Positions 45,113 to 55,397 of a stretch of DNA of 64,000 nucleotides are shown here, one piece after another. Origin of the DNA: an uncultured Pseudomonadota bacterium (GTDB lineage Bacteria > Pseudomonadota > Gammaproteobacteria > Steroidobacterales > Steroidobacteraceae); contig CAWGEU010000001.1 in assembly GCA_963821745.1 (NCBI GenBank), positions 920,305 through 984,304 on the forward strand, read 5' to 3'. Under the pieces are notes generated by a model. That model worked only from the letters and a program-made list of their open reading frames with translations. It did not search any database and was not told the origin of the DNA. Each line of letters begins with the position of its first letter. Position 1 is the stretch's first letter. A program made the position numbers and the translations under genes.

Positions 45113-45721
45113 GTGACGGTTGAGGAAAGTGACCTGGTTCTCGTCAAACGCGTGCAGCGCGGTGACAAGACTGCGTTCGATCTGCTGGTGCGCAAGTACC
45201 AGCACAAAGTGGTGAAGCTGGTGTTGCGTTACGTGCGAAACCCGGCCGAAGCGGAAGACATTGCGCAGGAAGCTTTCATCAAGGCGTATCGGGCATTACC
45301 CCAGTTTCGTGGCGACAGCGCCTTCTATACGTGGATGTACCGCATCGCTATCAACACCGCCAAGAACAGTCTCGCGTCGCGTGATCGTAGTCCGATCGCA
45401 TACGACCTCGACTTGAACGACCCTGAGGAATCGCACAGCGTGCAAACCAAGCTTCAGGACCCCGATACCCCCGAAGGCATGGCGCTCACCGAAGAAATTC
45501 GGCAGATCGTGAACTCCGCCATCGAAGGATTGCCTGAAGAACTCAAGACAGCAATCGTGCTGCGTGAGCTCGATGGACTGAGCTACGAAGAGATTGCCGC
45601 CGCCATGGAATGCCCCGTCGGCACGGTTCGCTCACGTATATTTCGAGCGCGTGAGGCCATCGACAAGCGCCTGCGCGAAGTTTTTGAAGGCGGCCTGGGC
45701 CGCACAGAGGAAATGGTATGA
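45113..45721 (+). CDS. rpoE: ECF sigma factor RpoE (sigma-24/AlgU)
   Basis: DLVLVKRVQRGDKTAFDLLVRKYQHKV, region 2 DIAQEAFIKAY, and region 4 LSYEEIAAAMECPVGTVRSRIFRAREAI. Intact. Confidence 0.93.
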   Translation: MTVEESDLVLVKRVQRGDKTAFDLLVRKYQHKVVKLVLRYVRNPAEAEDIAQEAFIKAYRALPQFRGDSAFYTWMYRIAINTAKNSLASRDRSPIAYDLDLNDPEESHSVQTKLQDPDTPEGMALTEEIRQIVNSAIEGLPEELKTAIVLRELDGLSYEEIAAAMECPVGTVRSRIFRAREAIDKRLREVFEGGLGRTEEMV

Positions 45722-46452
45722 CTGAAGAGCGTGACAGCCAGCTGTCTGCGATGTTCGACAACGAACTCCCAGGAGCCGAATGCGAATTACTCGCACGTCG
45801 CCTCACTCGCGACGAGGCACTGCGGGCCCAGTGGTCACGTTTTTCAATGATCGGCGCTGCACTGCGTTCCGAACGAGGTGTGGCGTTGCACGACCGCGTC
45901 GCCTGGCGCGTGGCGTCAGCAGTTGCCCAGGAGGCCACGTACGGTGACGGCACGGTAGACACCGCCACAACGTCCACGCGCACTGCCGCCAACCCCGGTT
46001 CCGCTGTCCAGTCATCCGCCGCTGCGCGCTGGGCTCGTTTTGCGCGCCCGGTAGCCGGCGCCAGCATCGCCGCGGGCGTCGCTGCAATGTCCATCATGTG
46101 GTTGCGCACGCAGGAAGGGCCGGAACCGATGCTGGCCAGCAACCCGGTACCTGAATCCATCGTGCTCGCTCCCGAAGCCACCGGAACCACGGTGGCGCTC
46201 AACAGCGCCCCGGCAGCGGACCGCGTGCCTTCCAACGGCGAGCCAGATCGTTACGTCACTCCCGCGCCGAGTTCCACCGCCAGCATCGTGCCCCCGGCGC
46301 GGCTCGCGAACTACGTGGTCGCGCACAGCGAATATTCCGGGCCCCTGTCGCGCCGCATGGCGTTGCTCGGCCTGGTTGCCACGGATGGTGAGGCCGCGCT
46401 TCCGGCCGACCCGAACGCCGACGCCGCCGCAGGAGCCGACGATGGTCGGTGA
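45718..46452 (+). CDS. rseA: Anti-sigma-E factor (RseA/MucA family)
   Basis: The N-terminal domain SQLSAMFDNELPGAECELLARRL..DEALRAQWSRFSMIGAALR is typical of RseA. There is an ATGA overlap with rpoE. Confidence 0.75.
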   Translation: MTEERDSQLSAMFDNELPGAECELLARRLTRDEALRAQWSRFSMIGAALRSERGVALHDRVAWRVASAVAQEATYGDGTVDTATTSTRTAANPGSAVQSSAAARWARFARPVAGASIAAGVAAMSIMWLRTQEGPEPMLASNPVPESIVLAPEATGTTVALNSAPAADRVPSNGEPDRYVTPAPSSTASIVPPARLANYVVAHSEYSGPLSRRMALLGLVATDGEAALPADPNADAAAGADDGR

Positions 46453-47464
46453 TTCGAGCCGAAGAAAGGCGGTGGCGCGCGTCGCCGCTTTGAGCCTGCT
46501 GATCGGCGCCGGTGTTGCGTTCGGTGCCGAGCCCAAAGAATGGCTCGAGCGCATGAACAAGGCGCTCACCACGCGCAACTACGTCGGCGTGTTCACGCAC
46601 GTGCACGGCGGTCGCGTCGAAACGCTGCGCATCATCCACCGCGTTCGTGGACGCGACGTCTCCGAGCGGTTGCTGTCGCTCGATGGCTCGGGTCGCGAGG
46701 TCATTCGCGAAGGCAACGAGCTCATCTGCTATTTCCCCGACAAACGCACGGTACTGGTCGAGCGCCGCGCGCCCGACGGTGCGCTGCTCGGCGCGTTGCC
46801 CGCCATCGACGAAGGCAATGCGCTGGTCTATGAAATTCGTGGTGGCGAACGCGAGCGTCTGCTCGGCCGCACTACGCGTGTAGTTGCGTTGCACCCGCGC
46901 GACGAATATCGCTATGGCTACCGTCTGTGGATCGACGAACAGACGTCCATGCCGCTCAAGACCCAGCTCTGCAATCAGTCCGGCGAAGTCATCGAGCAGA
47001 TCGTGTTTTCCACCATCGATCTGCCGGAGCGCATTCCCGACTCCATGTTCAAGCCGCAGATGGATGCTTCCAACTACCGTTGGGTACGTGCCGATCGGCA
47101 GGTCGCCAGCCACTCGGCGCCCGCGTTGTGGGATGCCATGCGCTTGCCGCCCGGGTTTCGCATGGCCACCCGTTCCGCCCAGGCAATGCCGGGCTCCAGC
47201 GAACCGGTGGCACACCTGGTGTATACCGACGGCATCGCCTCCGTTTCAGTCTTCGTCGAGCCGCGAAAGCCCGACAGCAAGCCGTCCGAAGGTCCTTCGC
47301 GCGTGGGTTCTTCCTCGGCCTTCTCCACGGTAGTCGATGGCCACCAGGTCACGGCCGTTGGCGAAGTGCCTCCCAACACCGTCGAGCTCATCGCCAAGCA
47401 GGTCAAGGCCTCCAAGACCGCGGCCGCCACTGAAGGCCTGGGGCTGGCGCCGCGGCGCAAGTGA
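46442..47464 (+). CDS. rseB: Sigma-E regulatory protein RseB/MucB
   Basis: Signal peptide, then EWLERMNKALTTRNYVGVFTHVHGGRVETLRIIH and YRLWIDEQTSMPLKTQL. It overlaps the rseA end by 11 nt. Confidence 0.85.
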   Translation: MVGDSSRRKAVARVAALSLLIGAGVAFGAEPKEWLERMNKALTTRNYVGVFTHVHGGRVETLRIIHRVRGRDVSERLLSLDGSGREVIREGNELICYFPDKRTVLVERRAPDGALLGALPAIDEGNALVYEIRGGERERLLGRTTRVVALHPRDEYRYGYRLWIDEQTSMPLKTQLCNQSGEVIEQIVFSTIDLPERIPDSMFKPQMDASNYRWVRADRQVASHSAPALWDAMRLPPGFRMATRSAQAMPGSSEPVAHLVYTDGIASVSVFVEPRKPDSKPSEGPSRVGSSSAFSTVVDGHQVTAVGEVPPNTVELIAKQVKASKTAAATEGLGLAPRRK

Positions 47465-47489
47465 TTCCCCAGAAAATGATCCCCAGGAA

Positions 47490-47756
47490 ATGATCTCGAG
47501 GGGCCTCGTGGTGGTCAGCCGCGAGGGCTGTGGCCTGTGCGATGAGATGCTGCATGCCCTGGCCGAGCTGGAACGTGCGCAAACCCTGCCTCCCGTCACG
47601 GTGGTCGATGTCGACTCCGATCCCGAACTCGTTCGCCAATTCGGCCTGAAAGTGCCGGTGTTGCTGCTCGATGGCAGTGTTATTTGCCATTACACGCTGA
47701 ATTCCAACGAACTTTTAAGGTTGGTCCAGCGTCCTGCCGCTATAATCCCGCGCTGA
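47490..47756 (+). CDS. Glutaredoxin-like (DUF836-type thioredoxin-fold) protein
   Basis: LVVVSREGCGLCDEMLHAL...VTVVDVDSDPELVRQFGLKVPVLLLDG shows a CxxC motif plus the cis-Pro region. 88 aa. Confidence 0.65.
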   Translation: MISRGLVVVSREGCGLCDEMLHALAELERAQTLPPVTVVDVDSDPELVRQFGLKVPVLLLDGSVICHYTLNSNELLRLVQRPAAIIPR

Positions 47757-47822
47757 TTTTTGCCGGCGCCAGGGAGAGCATTTCGCTCTTCCGCAGGTTC
47801 GGCGGCAGGCCGACCTCTCCTG

Positions 47823-49616
47823 ATGCAAAGAACTCGCAACTTCTCGATCATCGCCCACGTCGATCACGGCAAGTCCACGCTGGCGGACCGCTTCATCCAG
47901 ATTTGCGGCGGCCTCGAAGCCCGCGAGATGCAGGACCAGGTGCTCGATTCCCTCGAGCTCGAACGTGAACGCGGCATCACCATCAAGGCGCAGGCGGTCA
48001 CTCTTTATTACAAGTCGAAAAAGGACGGCGAGACTTACCAGCTGAACCTCATCGACACCCCCGGCCACGTCGACTTCTCGTACGAAGTCTCGCGGTCGCT
48101 GGCCGCTTGCGATGGCGCCTTGCTCGTCGTCGACGCCACGCAGGGCGTAGAGGCGCAGAGCGTGGCGAACTGCTACACCGCCACCGAACTCGGTCTCGAA
48201 GTCGTGCCGGTCATCAACAAGATCGACCTGCCGTCATCCGACCCGGCGCGCGTCATCAAGGAAATCGAAGAGATCATCGGCATCTCCGCCGACGATGCGC
48301 TCATGGTCTCCGGCAAGACGGGTGAGGGCGTCGAGGAGCTGATCCAGCAACTCATCGAACGCATCCCGCAGCCGAAGGGAGATCCTTTGGCGCCGCTGCA
48401 GGCGCTCATCGTCGATTCGTGGTTCGACAACTACGTTGGCGTCGTGACGCTGGTGCGCATCTTCAACGGCACCCTGAAGGTCAACGACAAGATCCGCGTC
48501 ATGTCCACGGGTCGCGCGCACCAGGTGGACAAGCTGGGCCGCTTCACGCCCAAGTCCGTCCCGGCGCGTGACCTCGGGCCGGGCGACGTGGGTTTCGTCA
48601 TCGCCGGAATCAAGGAAATCGATGGCGCCCCCGTGGGCGACACCATCACGCTCGAATACAAGCAGGCCACCGAGCCGCTGCCGGGTTTCAAGCAGGTCCA
48701 GCCGCGCGTGTTCGCCGGCATGTTCCCCATCGTCTCGGACGACTACGACAAGTTTCGCGATGCGCTGTCCAAGCTGCGTCTCAACGACTCGGCGCTGCAC
48801 TACGAACCTGAAGTGTCGGGCGCGCTCGGCTTCGGTTTCCGCGTGGGCTTTCTCGGCCTGCTGCACATGGACATCGTGCAGGAACGCCTCGAACGCGAGT
48901 ACCAAATCGAGTTGATAACGTCTGCGCCCACGGTCGTGTACGAAGTGAAGACGACCGACGGCGCGGTGCAGCTGGTCGACAATCCGACCAAACTACCGCC
49001 GGTCGATCGCATCGACGAACTGCGCGAGCCCATCATCATCGCCAACATCCTCGTGCCGCCGGATCACGTGGGCGGAGTGCTCAAGCTCTGCAACGACAAG
49101 CGTGGCCGGCAGAAGAAGATGCTGTACCTCGGCAACCAGGTCTCGCTGCAGTACGAAATGCCGCTCGCGGAAGTAGTGCTCGATTTCTTCGACCGCCTGA
49201 AATCCACGAGCCGCGGCTACGCTTCGTTCGACTACGATTTCAGCCACTTCGAGCCTGCGCCGCTGGTCAAGCTCGACATCCTGATCAACGAAGAAAAGAT
49301 CGATGCGCTGGCCCTCATCGTTCACAAGGACAGCGCCTATGAGCGCGGCCGGCAACTCGTCGACAAGATGCAGGAGCTGATTCCGCGGCAGATGTTCGAA
49401 GTCGCCGTGCAGGCCGCCATTGGGAGCCACGTGATCGCGCGTGCCACCGTCAAGGCGTTGCGCAAGAACGTGCTTGCCAAGTGCTACGGTGGCGACATCT
49501 CGCGCAAGAAAAAGCTGCTCGAAAAGCAGAAAGAGGGCAAGAAACGCATGAAGAACATTGGCTCGGTGGAGATTCCGCAGGAAGCCTTCCTCGCAGTGCT
49601 CAAGGTCGGGAAGTAA
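47823..49616 (+). CDS. lepA: Elongation factor 4 (LepA)
   Basis: [32 protein letters not shown], and the LepA C-terminal domain ...[25 protein letters not shown]. Intact. Confidence 0.97.
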   Translation: MQRTRNFSIIAHVDHGKSTLADRFIQICGGLEAREMQDQVLDSLELERERGITIKAQAVTLYYKSKKDGETYQLNLIDTPGHVDFSYEVSRSLAACDGALLVVDATQGVEAQSVANCYTATELGLEVVPVINKIDLPSSDPARVIKEIEEIIGISADDALMVSGKTGEGVEELIQQLIERIPQPKGDPLAPLQALIVDSWFDNYVGVVTLVRIFNGTLKVNDKIRVMSTGRAHQVDKLGRFTPKSVPARDLGPGDVGFVIAGIKEIDGAPVGDTITLEYKQATEPLPGFKQVQPRVFAGMFPIVSDDYDKFRDALSKLRLNDSALHYEPEVSGALGFGFRVGFLGLLHMDIVQERLEREYQIELITSAPTVVYEVKTTDGAVQLVDNPTKLPPVDRIDELREPIIIANILVPPDHVGGVLKLCNDKRGRQKKMLYLGNQVSLQYEMPLAEVVLDFFDRLKSTSRGYASFDYDFSHFEPAPLVKLDILINEEKIDALALIVHKDSAYERGRQLVDKMQELIPRQMFEVAVQAAIGSHVIARATVKALRKNVLAKCYGGDISRKKKLLEKQKEGKKRMKNIGSVEIPQEAFLAVLKVGK

Positions 49617-49619
49617 CGC

Positions 49620-50765
49620 ATGCACGACATCCTCGACCTGCTGAAGCAGGTGGCCGTGCCGGCGAGCTGGCTCGCGATCCCGATCGGCTTGTGGTGCGCG
49701 ATCGACAGCTGGCTGCTGGCGCCGCGTCGGGCGACCGACGCCGGCACGCTGACGGTGCCGGATCCGCCGCCGGTGCGCATCGCGTACGCCGTACTGCCCT
49801 GGCTGGTGGTCGCGGTCATCCTGCGGCTCATCACCGCCGAGACACTCGATTTCAGCCTGGTGCTGGCACTGCTGTCGCTCGGCACGGGCGTCGTCTGGCT
49901 CATCGACCACCTGTTCTTTCGCAAGGGGCGCGAAGCCGCCGCAGCCGCTGCCAAGCCCGCGCCCATCGCGCTGCCCGAGCCGGGCACCGTCGACTACGCG
50001 CGCAGCTTCTTTCCGGTGGCCTTCATCGTGCTGATCGTGCGCGCCTTCATCTTCGAGCCGTTCCGCATTCCTTCCGATTCGATGATGCCCACGCTGCTCG
50101 ACGGCGACTTCATCGTGGTGAACAAGTACTCCTACGGGCTGCGATGGCCGGTGGTGAACCAGAAGTTCATCGATATCGGATCGCCACAGCGCGGTGACGT
50201 GGTGGTGTTCCGTCATCCGCCCAATCCGCGCGTGAACTACATCAAGCGGCTGGTCGGGTTGCCCGGCGATCGCGTCGAAGTGCATGACGATCAATTGGTG
50301 GTGAATGGCCAGGCCATTCCACTGCAGGAAGTCGGCAACTACAGCGATGGTTGTTATGTGGGCCTGAAGCTTTCCACGGAAACCATCGGTGAACATACCC
50401 ACGAGGTCATGTCGTGCCGCTCGGAACGGGGCCTGATGGGTGCCCATGGCATCACTTTCGGCGGCAACCCGAATCCGCTTCCCGCCTGCGATCGCAAGAA
50501 GATCCGCGAAGAAATTGGCGGCTGGGTCTGCAATGCCACGCCATCCGCGAGTGGCCGCGATCGCGGCGATCACCAGTTCGACGTCGTTCCGGACGGCTAC
50601 TACCTCATGATCGGCGACAACCGTGACAACAGCGACGACAGTCGTGGCTGGGGTCTCGTGCCTGACCAGAATCTGGTCGGCAAAGCGACGCGAATCTGGT
50701 TCAATTTCGACTTGCAGCGTGGAAGCGTGGTCAACTGGAGCCGCATCGGCGATGGCATTCAATGA
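49620..50765 (+). CDS. lepB: Signal peptidase I (long form, 381 aa)
   Basis: Catalytic IPSDSMMPTL, YIKRLVGLPGD and GDNRDNSDDSRGWG boxes. It has an extended N-terminal membrane region of ~130 aa. Confidence 0.9.
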   Translation: MHDILDLLKQVAVPASWLAIPIGLWCAIDSWLLAPRRATDAGTLTVPDPPPVRIAYAVLPWLVVAVILRLITAETLDFSLVLALLSLGTGVVWLIDHLFFRKGREAAAAAAKPAPIALPEPGTVDYARSFFPVAFIVLIVRAFIFEPFRIPSDSMMPTLLDGDFIVVNKYSYGLRWPVVNQKFIDIGSPQRGDVVVFRHPPNPRVNYIKRLVGLPGDRVEVHDDQLVVNGQAIPLQEVGNYSDGCYVGLKLSTETIGEHTHEVMSCRSERGLMGAHGITFGGNPNPLPACDRKKIREEIGGWVCNATPSASGRDRGDHQFDVVPDGYYLMIGDNRDNSDDSRGWGLVPDQNLVGKATRIWFNFDLQRGSVVNWSRIGDGIQ

Positions 50766-50784
50766 ACGTCATTCGGGAGTGAAC

Positions 50785-51147
50785 ATGCGCAAGCAACGTG
50801 GTGTGACGATGATCGGCTGGATCTTCCTGCTGGTTCCGGTGGCCCTGGTGTTATACGCGGGCATCCGCGTCGGCCCGGAATACCTGAACTTCTACAAAGT
50901 GGTCAAGGCGATGAACGATACGGCCTCGCAGCTCAAGAGCGACGAGACGCTGACTCCACAGAACATTCGCTTTGCCCTCGAGCGGCGTTTCGACACCGGT
51001 TACATCGATGAGCCCACGATCCAGGAAATCGGCGTCGCCAAGGCCGAGGCCGGCTGGAAGATGACTGCGGACTATGAAAAGGCCGTGCCGATGTTCGGCA
51101 ATCTCCACCTGCTCATGGTTTTCAACAAAACGGTTGTGATCCGCTGA
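50785..51147 (+). CDS. DUF4845-like small membrane-anchored protein
   Basis: MRKQRGVTMIGWIFLLVPVALVLYAGIRVGPEYLNFYKV fits the family pattern. It occupies the lepB-rnc position typical for this family. Confidence 0.6.
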   Translation: MRKQRGVTMIGWIFLLVPVALVLYAGIRVGPEYLNFYKVVKAMNDTASQLKSDETLTPQNIRFALERRFDTGYIDEPTIQEIGVAKAEAGWKMTADYEKAVPMFGNLHLLMVFNKTVVIR

Positions 51148-51161
51148 ATGCGCAAGCGCTC

Positions 51162-51857
51162 ATGGGGCTGATGCCGTCCAGCCAGGCGGAAGTGCTCACC
51201 GCCCGGCTGGGTTATGTGCCGCGCGATCGTGCGTTGTTCGTGATCGCGCTCACCCATCGCAGCGCCGAGGGGCCTAACAACGAGCGGCTCGAATTCCTCG
51301 GGGATTCGGTGCTCAACCTGCTGTTGTCCGAGCGCCTGTTCCGCGAATTCCCCACGGCCACCGAAGGTGATCTCTCGCGCCTGCGCGCGCGCCTCGTGAG
51401 CGAGGAGCCACTGGCGGAGATCGCCCAGGAGATGCAGCTCGGTGAACTGCTGTTGCTGGGCTCGGGGGAACTCAAGACGGGTGGATTTCGCCGTCAATCC
51501 ATCCTCGCGGATGCGTTTGAAGCGCTGTGCGGCGCGTTGTATCTCGACGGCGGGCTCGAGGCGGTGCGCGCCATCACCGGCCCCATGTTCGAATCGCGGA
51601 TTGTGAGCCTGCCCGAACCCGCCTCTCTCAAGGACGCGAAGACGCGCTTGCAGGAGCACCTGCAGGCCAATGCGCGTTCGTTGCCGGTTTACACCGTCAA
51701 GCGCACCAGCGGTGAACCGCATGCGCAGACCTTCGTGGTTTCCTGCACGGTTGCGCATGCAGACATCGAAACCGAAGGCGAAGGCCCGAGTCGCCGGCGT
51801 GCCGAGCAGGTGGCCGCGCAGGCGGCATTACGCGCCCTCGGCATGAATGAAGCGTAG
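51162..51857 (+). CDS. rnc: Ribonuclease III
   Basis: Signature NERLEFLGDSVLN, ILADAFEALCGALYLD, and a C-terminal dsRBD (DAKTRLQEHLQ...GPSRRRAEQVAAQAAL). Confidence 0.94.
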   Translation: MGLMPSSQAEVLTARLGYVPRDRALFVIALTHRSAEGPNNERLEFLGDSVLNLLLSERLFREFPTATEGDLSRLRARLVSEEPLAEIAQEMQLGELLLLGSGELKTGGFRRQSILADAFEALCGALYLDGGLEAVRAITGPMFESRIVSLPEPASLKDAKTRLQEHLQANARSLPVYTVKRTSGEPHAQTFVVSCTVAHADIETEGEGPSRRRAEQVAAQAALRALGMNEA

Positions 51858-51859
51858 CT

Positions 51860-52756
51860 ATGACTGAAACACCCACATTCCGTGCCGGTTTCGCTGCGCT
51901 GGTCGGGCGTCCCAACGTTGGCAAGTCGACGCTGCTCAACGCGCTGGTCGGCGAAAAACTCTCCATCGTCACGTCGCGGCCGCAGACCACGCGTCACCGC
52001 GTGCTCGGCATGCTGAATCGCCCAGGGGTGCAGATTGCGTTCGTGGATACGCCAGGCCTGCACCTCGGTGAAAAGCGCGCGCTCAACCGCGCCATGAATC
52101 GGACGGCCGCCTCCGCGCTCGCCGATGCGGATCTCGTCGTGTTCATCGTCGAAGCGTTGCGCTTCGGCGAAGAAGACCAGGCGGTCCTGCAACGCATCCG
52201 CGAATCGGGTCGCGAGGCCATCGCGGTCATCAACAAGGTCGACAAGGTCTACCCGAAGGACCAGCTGCTTCCCTTCGTGGCCGAACTCGCCGGCATGCAC
52301 GGATTCCTCGACGTGGTGCCCGTGTCGGCGGAGAAAGGCGTGAATCTCGACCGGCTCATCGACGTCATCGCCGCTCGCCTGCCGGAATCCCCGGAGCTCT
52401 TTCCGCGCGAGCAGCGCACCGACCGCGGCGAGGATTTCCAGATCTCCGAGACCATCCGCGAGAAGCTCACGATGGAGCTGGTGGAAGAGCTGCCGTATGG
52501 CATCGCGGTCGAAATCGAAAAGAAGGAAGAATTGGAAGGGCGCCTCGTCATCGACGCCGTCATCTGGGTGGATCGCGCGGGACAGAAACCCATCGTGATC
52601 GGTGCCAAGGGATCGCGGCTCAAGCGCATCGGCCAGCAGGCACGCGAGGAGCTCAATTCCAGGCTCGGCAAACGCCTGCATCTCAATCTCTGGGTCAAAG
52701 TGCGCGAGGACTGGGCGGATGACGCCCGGGCGTTGGCGCAACTCGGCATGGAGTAG
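51860..52756 (+). CDS. era: GTPase Era
   Basis: G1 GRPNVGKSTLLN, G3 DTPG, G4 NKVD, and the KH domain ..WVKVREDWADD. Intact. Confidence 0.96.
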   Translation: MTETPTFRAGFAALVGRPNVGKSTLLNALVGEKLSIVTSRPQTTRHRVLGMLNRPGVQIAFVDTPGLHLGEKRALNRAMNRTAASALADADLVVFIVEALRFGEEDQAVLQRIRESGREAIAVINKVDKVYPKDQLLPFVAELAGMHGFLDVVPVSAEKGVNLDRLIDVIAARLPESPELFPREQRTDRGEDFQISETIREKLTMELVEELPYGIAVEIEKKEELEGRLVIDAVIWVDRAGQKPIVIGAKGSRLKRIGQQAREELNSRLGKRLHLNLWVKVREDWADDARALAQLGME

Positions 52757-52769
52757 GGAGAACTTCCTC

Positions 52770-53477
52770 GTGCAGACGCAGGCGCGCGAACGCATCGCTC
52801 TCGAGCCGGCCTTCGTGCTGCATCACCGCGAGTATCGCGATACCAGCCGCATTCTCGATGTGTTCACGGCACGGCACGGACGGCTGACGCTGTTCGCGCG
52901 CGGCGCGCGCGGCCCCAAGTCGAAGCTCGCCTCGCTGCTCATGCCATTCCGCCCGCTGCTCATGTCGTGGAGCGGCCGCGGCGATGCCGCGCAGCTGACG
53001 AGCGCGGAGCCGGATGGTGAGGCGCTGGTGTTGCCGCCGCGCCAGGTACTCTCCGGCTTCTATCTGAACGAACTCCTCATCCATCTGACTACCCGCCACG
53101 ACCCGCAGCCACAGTTGTTCGCCGACTACCACCAGGCGCTGCGCCGGCTCGCGACGGACGCGGCGCCGGAGCTCGCGCTGCGCGTCTTCGAGAAGCGGCT
53201 GCTGGAGTGCATCGGTTACGGCCTGGAGTTCGTCGTCGACACCGCCGGCTACTACCAGTTCCGGCCGACGCAGGGTCTCTCACAAGTGCGCGAAGACGCG
53301 CCGGGTGCGTATTCCGGCCGCTGCCTGCTGGCACTCCAGCAGGAAACCCTGGAAGACGGCGAGACGCTCGACGTCGCGCGCCGGGTGCTGCGGCAGGTGC
53401 TGGACCATTGTCTGGAAGGTCGCGAACTGCGCACGCGCACCGTGGCGCGGTCGATGTCGCGGCGAGGAAATTCATGA
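52770..53477 (+). CDS. recO: DNA repair protein RecO
   Basis: [35 protein letters not shown]...[13 protein letters not shown] start at 52770. Synteny is era-recO-pdxJ. Confidence 0.88.
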   Translation: MQTQARERIALEPAFVLHHREYRDTSRILDVFTARHGRLTLFARGARGPKSKLASLLMPFRPLLMSWSGRGDAAQLTSAEPDGEALVLPPRQVLSGFYLNELLIHLTTRHDPQPQLFADYHQALRRLATDAAPELALRVFEKRLLECIGYGLEFVVDTAGYYQFRPTQGLSQVREDAPGAYSGRCLLALQQETLEDGETLDVARRVLRQVLDHCLEGRELRTRTVARSMSRRGNS

Positions 53478-54211
53478 CTCAAACTCCAATCATCGAGCTC
53501 GGTATCAACATCGACCACGTCGCCACCGTGCGGCAGGCGCGACGCGCGCCGTACCCGGACCCGGTGCATGCCGCACTGCTGGCCGAGCAGGCTGGCGCCG
53601 ACAACATCACCCTGCATCTGCGCGAAGACCGCCGGCACATCCAGGATCGCGACGTGCATGCCTTGCGGCCGCTGCTGCAGACGCGCATGAATCTGGAGAT
53701 GGGCCTCACCCAGGAAATGCTGGAGATCGCGACCGGAGTTCGTCCGCAGGATTGCTGTCTCGTGCCGGAGAACCGTGCCGAGATCACCACCGAAGGCGGG
53801 CTCGACGTGGCGGCGGACGTGGAACGCGTGGCGAGCGGCGTGCGCAAGCTCGCGGCGGCCGGCATCCGCGTGGCGTTGTTCATCGCGCCGGATCTGGCGC
53901 AGGTCGACGCGGCCAAACGCTCGGGCGCGCCGGTCATCGAACTGCACACCGGCACCTATGCCGAAGCCACGGGGTCGGCGCAGGCGCGCGAGCTCGAGCG
54001 CCTGTCCACGGCCGCCAAGCGTGCAGCCAATCTCGGCCTCGAGGTGCACGCCGGGCACGGGCTCACCTATAACAACGTGGGACCGGTGGCGGCCATCGCC
54101 GAGATCGTCGAGCTCAACATCGGCCATTGCATCATCGCGCGCGCCATCTTCACCGGCCTCGAAGCGGCGGTGCGTGACATGAAAGCCCTGATGCTGGGTG
54201 CCCGGCGATGA
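53474..54211 (+). CDS. pdxJ: Pyridoxine 5'-phosphate synthase PdxJ
   Basis: [34 protein letters not shown] and HAGHGL. There is an ATGA overlap with recO. Confidence 0.95.
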   Translation: MTQTPIIELGINIDHVATVRQARRAPYPDPVHAALLAEQAGADNITLHLREDRRHIQDRDVHALRPLLQTRMNLEMGLTQEMLEIATGVRPQDCCLVPENRAEITTEGGLDVAADVERVASGVRKLAAAGIRVALFIAPDLAQVDAAKRSGAPVIELHTGTYAEATGSAQARELERLSTAAKRAANLGLEVHAGHGLTYNNVGPVAAIAEIVELNIGHCIIARAIFTGLEAAVRDMKALMLGARR

Positions 54212-54624
54212 TTTTCGGCATCGGCGTCGACGTGCTCGAAGCCGCGCGCATCAAGAAGGTCCTGGCGAGGTTCGGCGAGCACTTCATCGATCGGCTGCTC
54301 ATGCCGGCCGAACGCGCGCAGCTTGGGCGCACGAAACGGCCCGAGCGATTCATCGCCATGCGGTTTGCCGCCAAGGAAGCCATCGTCAAGGCGATGGGCA
54401 CGGGCTTCGCACATGGCATCTGGATTCGCGACGTCGGCGTCGTGCAGAACGCATGGGGCAAACCCGAGGTGGCGTATTCACCGCGAGGCGAGAAGGTGCG
54501 CCGCAGGCTCGGGATCGGCGGCGGGCACGTGACGCTCACCGACGAGGCGGGTCTCATCGTCGCGGTGGCGGTGCTCGAAACCGCACCCAAACCGAAGAAG
54601 AAGAAAGCAAAGGCGCGCCGATGA
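54208..54624 (+). CDS. acpS: Holo-ACP synthase AcpS with a Lys-rich C-terminal tail
   Basis: [15 protein letters not shown] and [10 protein letters not shown] motifs. Tail [13 protein letters not shown]. There is an ATGA overlap with pdxJ. Confidence 0.9.
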   Translation: MIFGIGVDVLEAARIKKVLARFGEHFIDRLLMPAERAQLGRTKRPERFIAMRFAAKEAIVKAMGTGFAHGIWIRDVGVVQNAWGKPEVAYSPRGEKVRRRLGIGGGHVTLTDEAGLIVAVAVLETAPKPKKKKAKARR

Positions 54625-55397
54625 ACACGCTGGTCTTCGACATCGAAACGGTTCCGGACGTGGAATTCGGGCGGCGGCTGTTCGGGCTTCCGGGGCTTTC
54701 CGATGACGAAGTCGGCAAGGCCATGCAGGCGCAGGCGCGCCAGGGTTCGGGCAGCGACTTCCTGCCGCACGAACAGCATCGCATCGTGGCCATCTCCTGT
54801 GCGTTCCGCTCGCGCGAAGGCTTTCGCGTCTGGAGCCTGGGCGACGAGGGCGCGTCGGAGCGCGAACTCGTGGAACGCTTCTTCGACGGCATCGACAAGT
54901 TCACACCCGATCTCGTGAGCTGGAACGGTGGCGGGTTCGATCTGCCGGTGCTGCACTACCGCGCTCTGCGTTTCAAAGTCGCCGCGCCACGATACTGGGA
55001 AACCGGCGACGAAGACCATGCCTTTCGCTACAACAACTACCTCGGCCGCTTTCACTGGCGCCATGTCGACGTCATGGACGTGCTCTCCGGCTACCAGGCC
55101 CGCGCGCGCGCCTCGTTGTCCGACACCGCGGTGCTGCTGGGGTTTCCGGGCAAGCTCGGCTTCGACGGCTCGCAGGTGTGGGATGCCTATCGCGCTGGCG
55201 AGCTCACGCGCATCCGTCGCTATTGCGAGACCGACGTCATCAACACCTGGCTCATATTCCTGCGCTTCCAGCACATGCGCGGCCGGCTGACCGACGCTGT
55301 GCTCGCGGACGAACTGGCGCGCACGCGCACCTGGCTCACCGACGCCAAACAACCGCACTTCGACGAATTCCTCGCCGCCTGGGCGTCCGAGACGTGA
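54621..55397 (+). CDS. Predicted 3'-5' exonuclease related to the PolB exonuclease domain (RNase H-like superfamily)
   Basis: [13 protein letters not shown] (ExoI-like), WNGGGFDLPVL (ExoII-like) and RYCETDVINT (ExoIII-like). There is an ATGA overlap with acpS. Confidence 0.7.
   Translation: MNTLVFDIETVPDVEFGRRLFGLPGLSDDEVGKAMQAQARQGSGSDFLPHEQHRIVAISCAFRSREGFRVWSLGDEGASERELVERFFDGIDKFTPDLVSWNGGGFDLPVLHYRALRFKVAAPRYWETGDEDHAFRYNNYLGRFHWRHVDVMDVLSGYQARARASLSDTAVLLGFPGKLGFDGSQVWDAYRAGELTRIRRYCETDVINTWLIFLRFQHMRGRLTDAVLADELARTRTWLTDAKQPHFDEFLAAWASET

Noticed and set aside
48993-50762. 589-aa minus-strand ORF opposite lepA/lepB, and similar long antisense ORFs (1099..2214, 9804..10799, 18462..19592, 36248..37465, 54150..55358, 61778..63130)
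   Set aside because: All overlap well-supported genes on the other strand and show the Arg/Gly/Ala/His-rich composition expected from stop-codon-poor GC-rich antisense frames.
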